From Candidatus Rariloculaceae bacterium (GTDB lineage Bacteria; Pseudomonadota; Gammaproteobacteria; Steroidobacterales; Rariloculaceae), in contig OZ250159.1 in assembly GCA_965237785.1 (NCBI GenBank), forward strand, positions 2,232,695 through 2,296,694: a DNA stretch of 64,000 nucleotides, read 5' to 3'. Position 1 is the first letter of the stretch. The number at the start of each line of letters is the position of its first letter. Below, piece after piece: positions 52,178-63,112 of this stretch. The position numbers and the translations under genes are program-made. The notes below the pieces were generated by a model that ran no database searches, had not been told where the DNA came from, and saw nothing but the letters and a program-made list of their open reading frames with translations.

Positions 52178-52761
52178 AGGGGTTGCTCGTTTTCGGGCCG
52201 GTACTCGTCGCCGACGCCACGCTGCTCCGCGAAAATCGTGAAATGCACACTACCCGCCGACCCCTCCGCGGCGGATTCCACCAATTCCAGTCCGGGATCC
52301 CGCAGCCATCGCGAGGCATCGATATTGCGCATCAACGCAGCCACACGGCTGCTGGATTCCACCACGCCGTCGAGAACGATGCGGTTGTTGACTTGCTCGA
52401 TTTCCACCAGACGCACGCCGGCGGGAAGGACACGAACAAACTCGTCGAACAGATGTACGATTGCCGCGCGGGAGCGCTGTAGTTCGACGACTACATGCAT
52501 GCGCGCCATAAGGCTGTTCTTGCGCACCTCCAGGACTTCTATCTCGGCAATTCGCCGGTCCAGGCCGGCGATTTCGCCGCGAAGCGTGTCATTGCGGACG
52601 CGCTGTTCGGCGAGCTTCCCCTGCACCGCGAGTTTGGCGGCGTACACCGCGAGCCCGCCGGCAAGGGCCGCCATGCATACCGCGAGCAGAAACCCCTGTT
52701 GCCGCCTGCGACGCTGTTCCTCGCGCCAATGCAGAAGATTCACGTTCGGCATCTCAGTCAC
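52174..52761 (-). CDS. pilN: Pilus assembly protein
   Basis: NVNLLHWRE, LQRSR, LMRNI..S.WL.DP. Confidence 0.9.
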   Translation of the reverse strand: MTEMPNVNLLHWREEQRRRRQQGFLLAVCMAALAGGLAVYAAKLAVQGKLAEQRVRNDTLRGEIAGLDRRIAEIEVLEVRKNSLMARMHVVVELQRSRAAIVHLFDEFVRVLPAGVRLVEIEQVNNRIVLDGVVESSSRVAALMRNIDASRWLRDPGLELVESAAEGSAGSVHFTIFAEQRGVGDEYRPENEQPL

Positions 52762-53830
52762 AGCTCCTCAAAGCCAGGCCGCATGCCGTGATCAACCCGG
52801 TATCGCCGCCGAATACGCCCTGAGCCTCGGCTCTGGCCGAAACATTCATGTGCCCCAGTGGATCGCCGATCTGGGTGCGAATGCCCAGGCGCGCTTCAAT
52901 CGCGTCGGCGACACCTGGCAGTTTTGCGCAGCCTCCGCAAACCAGAATCTGTACGGGCTGCCCGACGCTACTGTTGGATGCAAGAAAGAACTGCAGGGAA
53001 CGGCTGACCTGCTGCGACATGTCCTCCAGGAAACCATCCAGAACTTCCGCCCGATAGCCGAATGGCAACTCGCCCGCGTGCTTCGCCTGCTCCGCTTCCT
53101 CGACGCCCAGTCCGTAGGTATCCATGATCTCCTCGGTGAGCTGCCGGCCGCCAAAGGCGAAGTCACGCGTGTAAATGAGCTTGCCGTCGGCAAGCGCGCT
53201 GAATGTGGTGGTGACGGCGCCGAAATCGACCAGGGCGATCAGTTGCCGCAAACCGCCGCCGATCATCTGATGGGTGAGCAGCCGGCACGCCCGCTCCACC
53301 GCATACGGTTCCGGCTCCACCACGCGCGCCTCCAGTCCCGCGGCCCGAAGCGCGCGCTGCCGCTGGGTCACGTGCACCGAACGCGTGGCAACGAGCAGCA
53401 CGTCGGACATGCCCGCGGCGACCTCGCTCGGGCCCGCCACCTCGAAATCCAGGCTCGCCTCCTCCATCGGGAATGGCAGGAATTGCTCCACCTGAAACGC
53501 CACATGCCCCTGAATTTCATCGTCGCTCAATTTCCCGGGAACCCGAATGGTGCGTGTGACCACGGCGTCGCCGGCGATGGCGGCCGCCGCCTCCCGGCTC
53601 CTGGTTCCGGCGCGCTTCACCGCACGGCGTACGGCCTTGCCTACCGCCTCGACGTCGAGTATGGAAGGGCCATCGATCGAGTCGGCGGGTACCGGCTCCC
53701 CGGCATACGCCTCCACCCGGTAGCTCTCGTCACTTTGCGCCAGTTCAACCACTTTTACCGCGTCGGCCGTCATGTCCACGCCCAGAATGGGCCCCTTTGT
53801 CCGCATCCAGAGCATGGCAACTGCTCTCAA
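52754..53830 (-). CDS. pilM: Pilus assembly protein
   Basis: LGVD...VKVVEL, LPFP, VDFGA, FGGRQLT, RSLQFF, ACGLALR; start uncertain. Confidence 0.92.
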   Translation of the reverse strand: MRAVAMLWMRTKGPILGVDMTADAVKVVELAQSDESYRVEAYAGEPVPADSIDGPSILDVEAVGKAVRRAVKRAGTRSREAAAAIAGDAVVTRTIRVPGKLSDDEIQGHVAFQVEQFLPFPMEEASLDFEVAGPSEVAAGMSDVLLVATRSVHVTQRQRALRAAGLEARVVEPEPYAVERACRLLTHQMIGGGLRQLIALVDFGAVTTTFSALADGKLIYTRDFAFGGRQLTEEIMDTYGLGVEEAEQAKHAGELPFGYRAEVLDGFLEDMSQQVSRSLQFFLASNSSVGQPVQILVCGGCAKLPGVADAIEARLGIRTQIGDPLGHMNVSARAEAQGVFGGDTGLITACGLALRSCD

Positions 53831-54071
53831 GGCCCTCCGGTTGAGTTAGAATTCACCGTGATGCTCAATTTGCCCATGTATCCGTTCCCATGGATCGATC
53901 GGCACGCGACGCGCTTCGATACACGAACCAAAGGTTATGCCGACAGTCAAAGAAAGACAGCAACCAAACCTTGGCAATAAGTATTGATTGTGATCGCGCG
54001 TGCGGAAGTTGACGACCGGGGTGCGGGGCACGGGCGTAGACTGGCAAAATATCCAGGCTAGGGGCTCGGCG

Positions 54072-56690
54072 ATGCCAAAGTACGCGAGACTCTCACTCGC
54101 CCTCGGGACCCTCATGGCCGCCGGGTTGCTTGGCATGGGCGCCCTGATCGCGGGCGGCTACTACTATGTGGCGCCCGGTCTCCCCCTGGCCGAGGAACTG
54201 CGCGACGTGCGCGTGCAGGTCCCGCTGTCCATCTATAGCCGCGATGGTCGCCTGATTTCTCAATTCGGCGAGCGGCGTACTCCGGTCGCCCTGGACGACA
54301 TCCCGCCGACGATGGTTCAGGCGGTGCTGGCCGCCGAGGATGACCGGTTCTTCGACCACCCGGGGATCGACTACCAGGGCATCGTGCGGGCGACGCTGTA
54401 CTTCATTTTCAGCGCCGGGGAGCGAGAGCAGGGCGGCAGCACCATCACTCAGCAAATCGCCAGACAGTACTTTCTCACCCGAGACCGAACGCTGGTGCGC
54501 AAATTCAAGGAGTGGATTCTCGCGCTTCGCATCGAACAGGAATTCAGCAAGCAGGAAATCCTGGATATCTTCCTGAACACGACTTTTTTCGGACAGCATG
54601 CCTACGGCGTGGCCGCCGCCTCGCACACCTACTTCGGCAAGACCCTCGCGCAAATCAGCCTCTCCGACGCGGCGATCATCGCGGGGATTCCCCGGGGACC
54701 CTCGATCCTCAACCCGATCGCCAGTCCGCGGGCAGCGGCGCAAAGACGCGCCTATGTGCTGCGCCGCATGCGCGAGTTGGGATACATCTCCGCCGAGCGG
54801 CAACGGCACGCCCTGGCGGTTCCCGTCGACGGCCGCCGGCACGGTCCTCAGCAGCAGCTGAGCGCACCCTACGTGGCCGAGATGGTGCGCGCCGAGATGA
54901 TCGACCGCTTCGGCCTTGCCGCGTATACCGCCGGACTGAAGGTCACCACGACCATCGACAGTCGCTTGCAGCGCGTCGCCGATGCGGCGTTGCGGACCGC
55001 GTTGATAGACTACGATGAACGGCACGGCTATCGCGGGCCGCTGGCCCGCATCGCCCTTGACGCTCATGCCGCCGAAGCCGCGGAGGGATCGACGGCGGAC
55101 CGGGAGGCGGATTCGCCCCCGGGTTCCGGCCAGGAATCCAACTGGCAGGCGCTGCTCGCCGACTACGAGCCGGTTGCCGGCTACCGGACCGGCCTGGTGC
55201 TCGGCGTTGTGCCTGTCCCGCACCCTCGGGACGCCTTGCCGGACATCGCGCCGGAACCCACTGGATCCCCGGAATCGGGACTGGTGACCGACACGGAGAC
55301 GCTGGCAGACAAGACGACGGAACCGGAATTTCGCGCCGAGGTCTATTTCAGCGATCTCGGGCGCGTGCCGGTGGAATTCGAATCGCTGGCCTGGGCGGCG
55401 CCCTATGTCGATGAGAACCGCACCGGCAATGCGCCGCGCAGCGTAATCGACGTGCTGTCATCGGGGGATGTGGTGCGCTTCCGGGAAACCGCGGACGGGG
55501 CGCTGCGATTGAGCCAACTCCCCGAGGCGCAGGGGGCCATCGTGTCATTGGATCCCCTCGACGGAGCGGTCACCTCCCTGTCGGGCGGATTCGATTTCTT
55601 TATCAGCAATTTCAACCGCGTCACCCAGGCGCAACGTCAGCCGGGATCGGCGTTCAAGCCCTTTATCTATTCGGCGGCACTGGACCGCGGCTTCACGGCG
55701 GCGTCCATCTTCAATGACGCGCCCATCGTCGAGCGCAGCGCGGAACTTGAAGGATTCTGGCGGCCGACCAATTATTCCGAGGGATTCAACGGCCCGACGC
55801 GGCTCCGGGAAGCATTGATCCAGTCGCTCAACCTGGTGTCGGTGCGGGTCATCCAGCAAGCGGGGATACCCCACACCGTCGACTATGTTCGACGCTTCGG
55901 TTTTGACGAAAACGCCGTGCCGATGAACCCGTCCACGGCTCTGGGTGCGGGCGGGGTGCCGCCTCTGGATCTGGCCGGCGGTTATGCGGCCTTTGCCAAT
56001 GGCGGCTACCGGGTTGCACCGTACGTCATCGAGAAAGTCGAGGATGCGGCAGGTGACACACTGTACGCCGCGTCGCCCGCGCTGGCCTGCACCAATTGCG
56101 ATGAACCGGACGATGACGTCGACGAGCGCCTGCTGGGATCCATCACCGATGTCTACGGCGCCCGGGCGTTGGCGCCGCGCGCCATCGATGCCCAGAACGC
56201 CTACCTGATGAACGACATGCTGCGCGATGTCGTACGGCGGGGCACCGGCGCTCGCGCCTATCGCGAACTCGGTCGAACCGATCTCAGGGGCAAGACCGGC
56301 ACTACCAATGACCGCCGCGACGCCTGGTTCTCCGGATTCAACGGGGATGTCGTTGCCACGGCCTGGGTTGGTTTCGACCAGGAGAGGTCTCTCGGGAGCG
56401 GCGAGCAGGGAGCGCGGACCGCGCTACCCATGTGGATCGACTTCATGCGCGAGGCCCTCGACGGGCGGCCACTGAGCAGCATGGAGCGGCCTCCCGGGAT
56501 CATCGATGTGCGCATCGATCCAGCAACCGGTCTGGCGGCGAGCAGCCGCGAAGAAAGCGTATTCGAGAAATTCAGGATGGAATTTGCACCGCATGCGCCG
56601 GCGCCGCTGATCCAGGCGCCGACGGAATCGTTGACGGGCAATCCACAACCGGGCTCAGATGATTTCGGTGCGCCCGGATCAATTTTCTAG
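54072..56690 (+). CDS. mrcA: Penicillin-binding protein 1A
   Basis: EDDRFFDH.G, GGSTITQQ, RK.KE, RQPGSAFKP, S.N, KTGT; divergent from pilM. Confidence 0.96.
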   Translation: MPKYARLSLALGTLMAAGLLGMGALIAGGYYYVAPGLPLAEELRDVRVQVPLSIYSRDGRLISQFGERRTPVALDDIPPTMVQAVLAAEDDRFFDHPGIDYQGIVRATLYFIFSAGEREQGGSTITQQIARQYFLTRDRTLVRKFKEWILALRIEQEFSKQEILDIFLNTTFFGQHAYGVAAASHTYFGKTLAQISLSDAAIIAGIPRGPSILNPIASPRAAAQRRAYVLRRMRELGYISAERQRHALAVPVDGRRHGPQQQLSAPYVAEMVRAEMIDRFGLAAYTAGLKVTTTIDSRLQRVADAALRTALIDYDERHGYRGPLARIALDAHAAEAAEGSTADREADSPPGSGQESNWQALLADYEPVAGYRTGLVLGVVPVPHPRDALPDIAPEPTGSPESGLVTDTETLADKTTEPEFRAEVYFSDLGRVPVEFESLAWAAPYVDENRTGNAPRSVIDVLSSGDVVRFRETADGALRLSQLPEAQGAIVSLDPLDGAVTSLSGGFDFFISNFNRVTQAQRQPGSAFKPFIYSAALDRGFTAASIFNDAPIVERSAELEGFWRPTNYSEGFNGPTRLREALIQSLNLVSVRVIQQAGIPHTVDYVRRFGFDENAVPMNPSTALGAGGVPPLDLAGGYAAFANGGYRVAPYVIEKVEDAAGDTLYAASPALACTNCDEPDDDVDERLLGSITDVYGARALAPRAIDAQNAYLMNDMLRDVVRRGTGARAYRELGRTDLRGKTGTTNDRRDAWFSGFNGDVVATAWVGFDQERSLGSGEQGARTALPMWIDFMREALDGRPLSSMERPPGIIDVRIDPATGLAASSREESVFEKFRMEFAPHAPAPLIQAPTESLTGNPQPGSDDFGAPGSIF

Positions 56691-56747
56691 CCCGCATGCC
56701 TCACCGATGTGCGTAGCGAGGGCTGTCTCCGAGGAGAAAATACGCCC

Positions 56748-57356
56748 ATGACCAGCACCGCGGCCCTGCGGGAGCGCCTGGCGCAGGAAGCCGCCCGCCT
56801 CATGATCGAAAGTGGCATCCGGGATTACGGACTCGCCAAGCGCAAGGCCGCCCGCCGCCTGGGCGTCCGCGAGGCGTGGGCGCTTCCGGGCAACGCCGAG
56901 GTCGACACGAAAATAACCGAGTGGCAGCGCATCTTCGAACCGGAAACCCACGAGCTGCGGCTGAGAGCGCTTCGCAGTCTCGCGCTGGAGGCGATGGACA
57001 CCCTGGCGCCATTCCAACCCCGGCTCGCGGGGTCCGTACTGACGGGCGCGATCAACGTGAATTCGCCGGTCGAACTGCATCTTTTTTCCGATGCTCCGGA
57101 GGACGTGGCGCTGGCGCTTGAAGACTGGGGCAAGACATACCGGGACTGCCAGCGCCGCTACCGCTATAACGGGCGGGGCGTTACGCTGATCCCGGGCTAC
57201 CGCTTCTCGCTCAGTCGCGAGCGCTTCGAGGCGTTGGTGTTTCCCGAGAAGGGGTTGCGCCAGGCGCCCATGAGTCCGGTAGACAGGCGACCGATGCCGC
57301 GGGCGGGGCGGACGCGGGTTCTGAAACTGCTTGAGCAACATGACACGGCGGATTGA
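56748..57356 (+). CDS. Conserved hypothetical protein (nucleotidyltransferase-like)
   Basis: AQEAARLM.E.G..DY..AKRKAA, F.PRL.GSVL.G, LHLF.D. Confidence 0.7.
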   Translation: MTSTAALRERLAQEAARLMIESGIRDYGLAKRKAARRLGVREAWALPGNAEVDTKITEWQRIFEPETHELRLRALRSLALEAMDTLAPFQPRLAGSVLTGAINVNSPVELHLFSDAPEDVALALEDWGKTYRDCQRRYRYNGRGVTLIPGYRFSLSRERFEALVFPEKGLRQAPMSPVDRRPMPRAGRTRVLKLLEQHDTAD

Positions 57357-57414
57357 CGCAGCAAGTCCCGCGGCCGCACGCACGGCGCGGGAGAACCGGC
57401 ACGGTATCGCGGCG

Positions 57415-57951
57415 ATGCGGATCCGTCGATGGCCGTGTTGGTTGTTCGCTGTGCTGCTGGGCGCGTCGGCCGCGGCACAGGAATTCACCCCCGACCAACC
57501 CGCGGTTTTCGTCGCGCAGGGCCACGACGTCGTCGTGATGCCATCCGCGACGGCCTCGATGCGGATGGAGTCGGAATTCGGGCCGATCCAGGGACGCTCC
57601 TTTGTTTCGGGTTCCGGGCGTGTTCACGTAGTGACTTTCGAGGGCGAGACGTTTCGGGCGTCAACCCCGATGGAAGGCCCCAATTCGCGAATCGTCTTCG
57701 ACCCATCGCAACGAAAGTTCGCCCAACTGCTGCCCAGTATCCGTCTCGAACTGGAGGATTACGCCTCATTGGAATCCATCGCCAGTCTGATCGGCGCCAC
57801 CAACGCGACGGCCTTCGAAAGCCTGGGCTTTGCCATCATTGAACTCCCGGAGACGCTGCATCCGGTTGAGGCCATCCAGATGCTGGGCAGCCATCCGGAA
57901 CAACCGCAGGCGACGCTACGCATTCGCGGACCGCAAATCGAGTGGCGCTAA
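57415..57951 (+). CDS. Secreted hypothetical protein
   Basis: Signal peptide ..LLGASAAA|QE; stop overlaps the protease start. Confidence 0.6.
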   Translation: MRIRRWPCWLFAVLLGASAAAQEFTPDQPAVFVAQGHDVVVMPSATASMRMESEFGPIQGRSFVSGSGRVHVVTFEGETFRASTPMEGPNSRIVFDPSQRKFAQLLPSIRLELEDYASLESIASLIGATNATAFESLGFAIIELPETLHPVEAIQMLGSHPEQPQATLRIRGPQIEWR

Positions 57952-60455
57952 ACGCACCAGGCCCGAAACTCCCGCCGTCTCTCGCAGCGGCTTGTCTGGC
58001 ATTTCCGATCGTGAGCGGTTGCGACGGCCCCGGTACGCCGGAACCGCCGGTGAGCGTATCGCTGGTAGCGCCGTCGCCGACCGACATTCTCGAAGCCGAA
58101 GATCGAACGGTCAGGGTTTCCGTCTCGCTGGATTCCGTGCCGTCAACCAGCCTGCTCGTACCGCTGGAGTATTCGGGTTCGGCCACACGCGACTACGACT
58201 ACGCCGTCAGCGCGGACTCGATCATCGTTCCGGCGCGCACCGCGACGGCCAGCGTGGACATCGACATCTTCAGGGATTTTGACGAGGAAGACGACGAGAC
58301 CATCGCAATCGGCCTCGGTGATATCGAAGGCAACGGCAAGGCCGGCGCAACAACCCGGATCGAGCTGACCATCGTCGACGGCGGCGCGGCAAATGTCGAC
58401 AAGAGGCAAAGCAATCCAGGGCCGGACTTCCTGATCATCCCCACGGGTCTTGTCTTTACCGAAGAGTCCGTCGACTTCGGGGCCGTGGCGATAAATACCT
58501 CGTTTGAGGGCGGGACGCCCGGCCAGTTGATTGCGGAATGGTCGAGCGACCGTGGCTTCAATAGCGACGTCAATTTGCTGGGCGTCGTTGACATTCCCGC
58601 GATTGACCCTGAGATGCAGCTATTCCCGGTACCGCACGAATTCAGCCTGCCGTACAGCCGCCTGGTGCCCAACGAAACCTACTTCGTCAGGACGTACGTG
58701 AACGACGGCCAGGCAGCGCCGAGTATGGATCAGTTGCTACGAGACGGTGCCTTGTACCTGTTCGCGTTTGCAACGAATACCGACGGGAGGATTGCTACCC
58801 GATGCGAGGCGCCGGTCAGGGTACCCGGCACGACGGCATCGGATCCCCTGTTCAGCGAACAATGGCATTTGCAAAACAGCGGGCAATCGGCATTCGCGGC
58901 AAATCCCGGAGTTGCGGGAGCGGACCTGCAAATGGCGGCGACCATTCGTAAAGGTTACCGCGGCGACGGGGCGAAGTTGGCCGTCGTCGACACTGGAATG
59001 GAGATCTGTCATCCGGACCTGGCCGCGAATGTCGAAGCCGGCAAATCATTTAATTTCCGTTTCAGGAACAGTGCCGGTTCGTTACAAACGGATCCCTTCA
59101 ATCACGATATTCTCGGGGATCACGGTACCAGCGTTGCCGGGGTCGCCGCGGCGGTGGCCGACAATGGCCTTGGCGGCCGAGGCGTTGCTCCGGACATCGA
59201 GCTTCGAGCGTTCAATATCGGCGCCGACTTCGCCGCGGATTCCGAATTGCAGTTGCTGAACAGTCTTGGCGCCAGTAGCAGCAACCCGGATTCGGCCAGT
59301 GCGCACATATTCAACATGAGTTTCGGCATTGTTCTTCCCTCCCAGAATCCGACGGACGATTTCGTCACGCTATTCCGGATGGGCACCTCCGAACTACGGT
59401 CGGGGCTCGGCGCGCTCTACGTCAGGGCAGCCGGCAATGCATTCAGCTTCTGCAACCCCGGACACCCACTCAATGTGGAAGTCGGGTGTATCGGCAGCAA
59501 CGCCGACCCCGATCAGAACCTCCCGTACCTGATCACCGTCGGGGCGTTCAACGCCAACGATGTCAAGTCCTCCTATTCGAGCGCCGGTGCGAACTTGTGG
59601 GTGGTTGCGCCGGGCGGCGAGGACGGCGTGGAAAATCCCGCCATGATCACCACCGACCAGATCGGCGTTGAGGCCGGCTATAGCCAATTGCCCGAAAATC
59701 GGCTGACCGGCGGACATCCATTGAATACCGACGGCGACTACATCAGTGCTTTCGGAGGCACGTCCTCGGCAGCGCCCGCGACAGCCGGCGCGGTCGCCAT
59801 CCTGCTCGGAATCAACCCGGATTTAACCTGGCGGGATGTGAAACACATCCTGGCGGCATCGGCGCGCAAGATCGATCCGCGGATCAAGGCGGTGCGCGCC
59901 GCGTTCAATGGCAAACCGTACATACTGCAACACGCCTGGCAAACCAATGCCGCCGGATATTCTTTTCACAACTGGTATGGTTTCGGCGCCATCGCACTCG
60001 ATGATGCGGTTGCCATGGCCGGGTCCTATTCGCCGGATACCCTGGGAGAATTTGTCGCATCTCCGTGGTTCGGGGCGGCGGATATCGGCAACATGCCCCT
60101 ACCCGTTCCCGACACCGACGGTGCCGGAGTGACACACACGCTCGAGGTCACCAGGTTACCGGAGGCGGCCAATATTGAAGCCGTGGTTATCGAGATCGGC
60201 GTCCGTCACGGCTATGGCTCGGACCTGGGCGTTCAACTGACATCCCCAAGCGGCACCACGAGCATCTTGAATACACCATTCAACGCAATTCTCGACGGCT
60301 ACCCGGGATTGCGCGACTGGCAATTGATGAGCAATGCGTTTTACGGCGAGAATGCCAACGGTACCTGGACGGTTCAGGTCGTTGATCTGGCCGAAGAGGA
60401 TACCGGCAGTTTGGATTCGTGGCGGCTGCGGTTCTACTATGGAGACCATCCCTAG
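57942..60455 (+). CDS. S8 kexin-like serine protease lipoprotein with P domain
   Basis: Lipobox VSGC; VVDTG, HGTSVAG, AAGN, GGTSSAAP, LTWRDV, YGFG, GE.ANG.W. Confidence 0.92.
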   Translation: MALNAPGPKLPPSLAAACLAFPIVSGCDGPGTPEPPVSVSLVAPSPTDILEAEDRTVRVSVSLDSVPSTSLLVPLEYSGSATRDYDYAVSADSIIVPARTATASVDIDIFRDFDEEDDETIAIGLGDIEGNGKAGATTRIELTIVDGGAANVDKRQSNPGPDFLIIPTGLVFTEESVDFGAVAINTSFEGGTPGQLIAEWSSDRGFNSDVNLLGVVDIPAIDPEMQLFPVPHEFSLPYSRLVPNETYFVRTYVNDGQAAPSMDQLLRDGALYLFAFATNTDGRIATRCEAPVRVPGTTASDPLFSEQWHLQNSGQSAFAANPGVAGADLQMAATIRKGYRGDGAKLAVVDTGMEICHPDLAANVEAGKSFNFRFRNSAGSLQTDPFNHDILGDHGTSVAGVAAAVADNGLGGRGVAPDIELRAFNIGADFAADSELQLLNSLGASSSNPDSASAHIFNMSFGIVLPSQNPTDDFVTLFRMGTSELRSGLGALYVRAAGNAFSFCNPGHPLNVEVGCIGSNADPDQNLPYLITVGAFNANDVKSSYSSAGANLWVVAPGGEDGVENPAMITTDQIGVEAGYSQLPENRLTGGHPLNTDGDYISAFGGTSSAAPATAGAVAILLGINPDLTWRDVKHILAASARKIDPRIKAVRAAFNGKPYILQHAWQTNAAGYSFHNWYGFGAIALDDAVAMAGSYSPDTLGEFVASPWFGAADIGNMPLPVPDTDGAGVTHTLEVTRLPEAANIEAVVIEIGVRHGYGSDLGVQLTSPSGTTSILNTPFNAILDGYPGLRDWQLMSNAFYGENANGTWTVQVVDLAEEDTGSLDSWRLRFYYGDHP

Positions 60456-60520
60456 CACCAATATCGCGCCACGCGACCCTGCCGCCTGGAAATCCCGCCC
60501 GATTCACAGGAGTAAACCGG

Positions 60521-61951
60521 ATGGCCATGAAGAAAGAAAGATGGCAGACGCCCGTCGCGCTTGCCCTGGCCCTGGGTCTGTCGTGCGCAGCGCACGCTGC
60601 TCCGAATATCCTGTTGATCTTCGGCGACGACATGGGTGTGGAGACGCTGGCTTCCTATGGCCTGGGGGAGAACCCGCCGACCACCGCGACTCTGGACGAG
60701 ATGGCGCGGGAAGGTGTGCGCTTCAGGAACTTCTGGTCGCAGCCGGTGTGCTCGCCCACCCGGGCAACCGTGATCACGGGCCGCTACGGATTCCGAACCG
60801 GTATCGGCAGGCCCGTCCCGGGTGGTCCGCCATTGCCGGAGCTTCCCGAGAAGCCCGCCTGGGCCTCTTACGAGATACCGCGTCCGGGCATGGGCGATGC
60901 GGTGGGTATTCGTATCCCTCTGCCCCCCGAGGAGTTCACGTTGCCCATGGCGTTCAAGGCCAATCCCGATCTGGGCTACGCATCGGCCGCCATCGGCAAG
61001 TGGCACCTGGCCGGTGCCTCCAATGGCTGGATCGACCATCCCAATCTCGTCGGTTTCGATCACTATTCGGGGTTGATCACGGGAACGACGGCCTCGTATT
61101 TCTCCTGGAACAAAGTCGTCAACGGGTCGGTCACGGGAACCACCGGGTATACCCCGGCCGACAAGGCCGACGATGCGATTCGCTGGATCGATGAGCAGGG
61201 AGACGATCCGTGGTTCCTGTGGTTCGCATTCAACCTTCCGCATACGCCACTGCACCTGCCGCCTGAAGAACACTGGCAGTCGGACTACTCGCACCTGGAT
61301 CCGGAATCGCTGCCGGCGGAGCAAGCCGATGCGTACTACGCGGCGATGATCGAGGCCATGGATACCCAGATCGGCCGACTACTGGCGGCGCTGGATGCCG
61401 ACGTTCGCGACAACACCTACGTGATATTCATGGGGGATAACGGCACCGGGGGTAACTCCGTGAGTGCGCCCTTCCGGGCGGGACGAGCCAAGGGCACCAT
61501 CTTCGAGGGCGGTGTGAATGTGCCGCTGATCGTTACGGGTCCGGCTGTCGAGCGTGGCGGTGTGTCCGAGGCGCTGGTGAACTCGGCGGATCTGTTCGTC
61601 ACGATCATGGAGATGGCCGGGATCGATCCCGGCGAGACCGTTCCCGATGAAGTAACCCACGACTCGGTCAGTTTTCTCTCGGCGTTGTCGGTTCCCGATG
61701 CGCCTTCGCAACGCGAATGGCTCTACGCGGACGTATTCGATGGAGGGTTCGCCGGTGTCGATACCGCCGACTACGCCATGCGCAATGCACGCTACAAGCT
61801 GCTGAGGTTCGCGGGCGAGGAAGAGCTCTATGATCTCCTGGAGGACCCCTATGAGTACAACAATCTCCTGTCGGGAGATCCGTCCTCCGATGAGCAAGCG
61901 GCGTACCATTCGTTGAACGAGCAGATACTGTCGCTCCGCAACAGCGAGTGA
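60521..61951 (+). CDS. Sulfatase
   Basis: PNILLI..DD.G, CSPTRA..TGR, GKWHL, PHTP, GDNG. Confidence 0.93.
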   Translation: MAMKKERWQTPVALALALGLSCAAHAAPNILLIFGDDMGVETLASYGLGENPPTTATLDEMAREGVRFRNFWSQPVCSPTRATVITGRYGFRTGIGRPVPGGPPLPELPEKPAWASYEIPRPGMGDAVGIRIPLPPEEFTLPMAFKANPDLGYASAAIGKWHLAGASNGWIDHPNLVGFDHYSGLITGTTASYFSWNKVVNGSVTGTTGYTPADKADDAIRWIDEQGDDPWFLWFAFNLPHTPLHLPPEEHWQSDYSHLDPESLPAEQADAYYAAMIEAMDTQIGRLLAALDADVRDNTYVIFMGDNGTGGNSVSAPFRAGRAKGTIFEGGVNVPLIVTGPAVERGGVSEALVNSADLFVTIMEMAGIDPGETVPDEVTHDSVSFLSALSVPDAPSQREWLYADVFDGGFAGVDTADYAMRNARYKLLRFAGEEELYDLLEDPYEYNNLLSGDPSSDEQAAYHSLNEQILSLRNSE

Positions 61952-62039
61952 TAGCGGCAGGAAACTGTACGGGGCGCAGTCCCCGGCATTCAGATCAGGC
62001 CCTTCGCGATGTACTGCCCCGCGCCTGGCGGCAAGTCGT

Positions 62040-63059
62040 TTAATCAGCGACCCATCGGCTGGTATTCACGGGATCGCAATCGCCGTGCAACATTTCCAAA
62101 TGCGGCGAATGAATCAGCTGCCTGCTGTGCACCATGGGTTCGGCCAGGAACTCCGGGTCGTCGAGCGTAAACTCCAGATCGATGTGGGTACCGTCCTCCG
62201 TCAGGCGGAAGCGCTCCACGACATGCTTCTGTCCGCCCGATGGCACGCCGATCTGGTAGGGGGAGCGGTGATCCTCGAAGTTCGCCGTATCCACCACCAG
62301 CGTGTCGCCTTCCCATCGGCCGATGGAGTGGCCCGTGACGAAACGCTCGCCGGGGTCGGGGTGTTCGCGACCGTCCATATGGATCCTCCTCATTTCATCG
62401 AACCACTCGCTGCGGAAAACGATCGCCTCCTGCTCCTGGCTGAGGTCGATCTCCATCAGATACAGCCCGGTGGACACGAGCGCTGCGGGTGTGGGCCGCC
62501 CGACGCAGGTTGATTCCGGGTTCTCATCCGACAACGGATCGTAGGCGGCCTGCGCGGATCTGCCATTTTCATTCAATGTGAGCAGGGCGTGAAAAAAGCC
62601 GTCGAAACCGCCGGGATAGCTCTGTACGGTTGAGCGGTCCGTCAGCCATTTACCGGCAAGGCTCGTGGCCGGGGGAGTCTGCTCGGGGGCCTGGACAGTG
62701 GCGCCCAGCGAGAAGCCTTCTTTATCGACCGACCTCAGGATGCCGTACGGCCGGCCGCCCTCCATGGGATTTGCCCGCACCGAAACCCGATCGCCCGGCG
62801 AAAGCACATCCCGCGTCCATCCCCTGCGTGAAATAACGTTGATCGGACCGAGTTGCAGCTCCCAATCGACGGGCTCGCCGCTTTGCTCGGTTTCCACGAT
62901 TATGTAGACGTGCGGATTGCGCCACGCAAACTCCTTGACCGTGCCTTCAAAGGCGATCACCGACTCCATGTCCATGCCGGCATCGCTGTGATGCGCCGAT
63001 ACCGGCATCGTGAGAGCGAGCGCTGCGACGAGTACCGCCGTATGTCTTGTGATTTTCAT
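62040..63059 (-). CDS. DUF6152 family secreted protein
   Basis: SAHHS, W.NPH, G.SIGRWEGDTLVVDT. Confidence 0.75.
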   Translation of the reverse strand: MKITRHTAVLVAALALTMPVSAHHSDAGMDMESVIAFEGTVKEFAWRNPHVYIIVETEQSGEPVDWELQLGPINVISRRGWTRDVLSPGDRVSVRANPMEGGRPYGILRSVDKEGFSLGATVQAPEQTPPATSLAGKWLTDRSTVQSYPGGFDGFFHALLTLNENGRSAQAAYDPLSDENPESTCVGRPTPAALVSTGLYLMEIDLSQEQEAIVFRSEWFDEMRRIHMDGREHPDPGERFVTGHSIGRWEGDTLVVDTANFEDHRSPYQIGVPSGGQKHVVERFRLTEDGTHIDLEFTLDDPEFLAEPMVHSRQLIHSPHLEMLHGDCDPVNTSRWVAD

Positions 63060-63112
63060 CCTGGTTGCATCCTGTTGGAATGGCCGACAAGTGCCGACTA
63101 TGGCTAAAAAGG

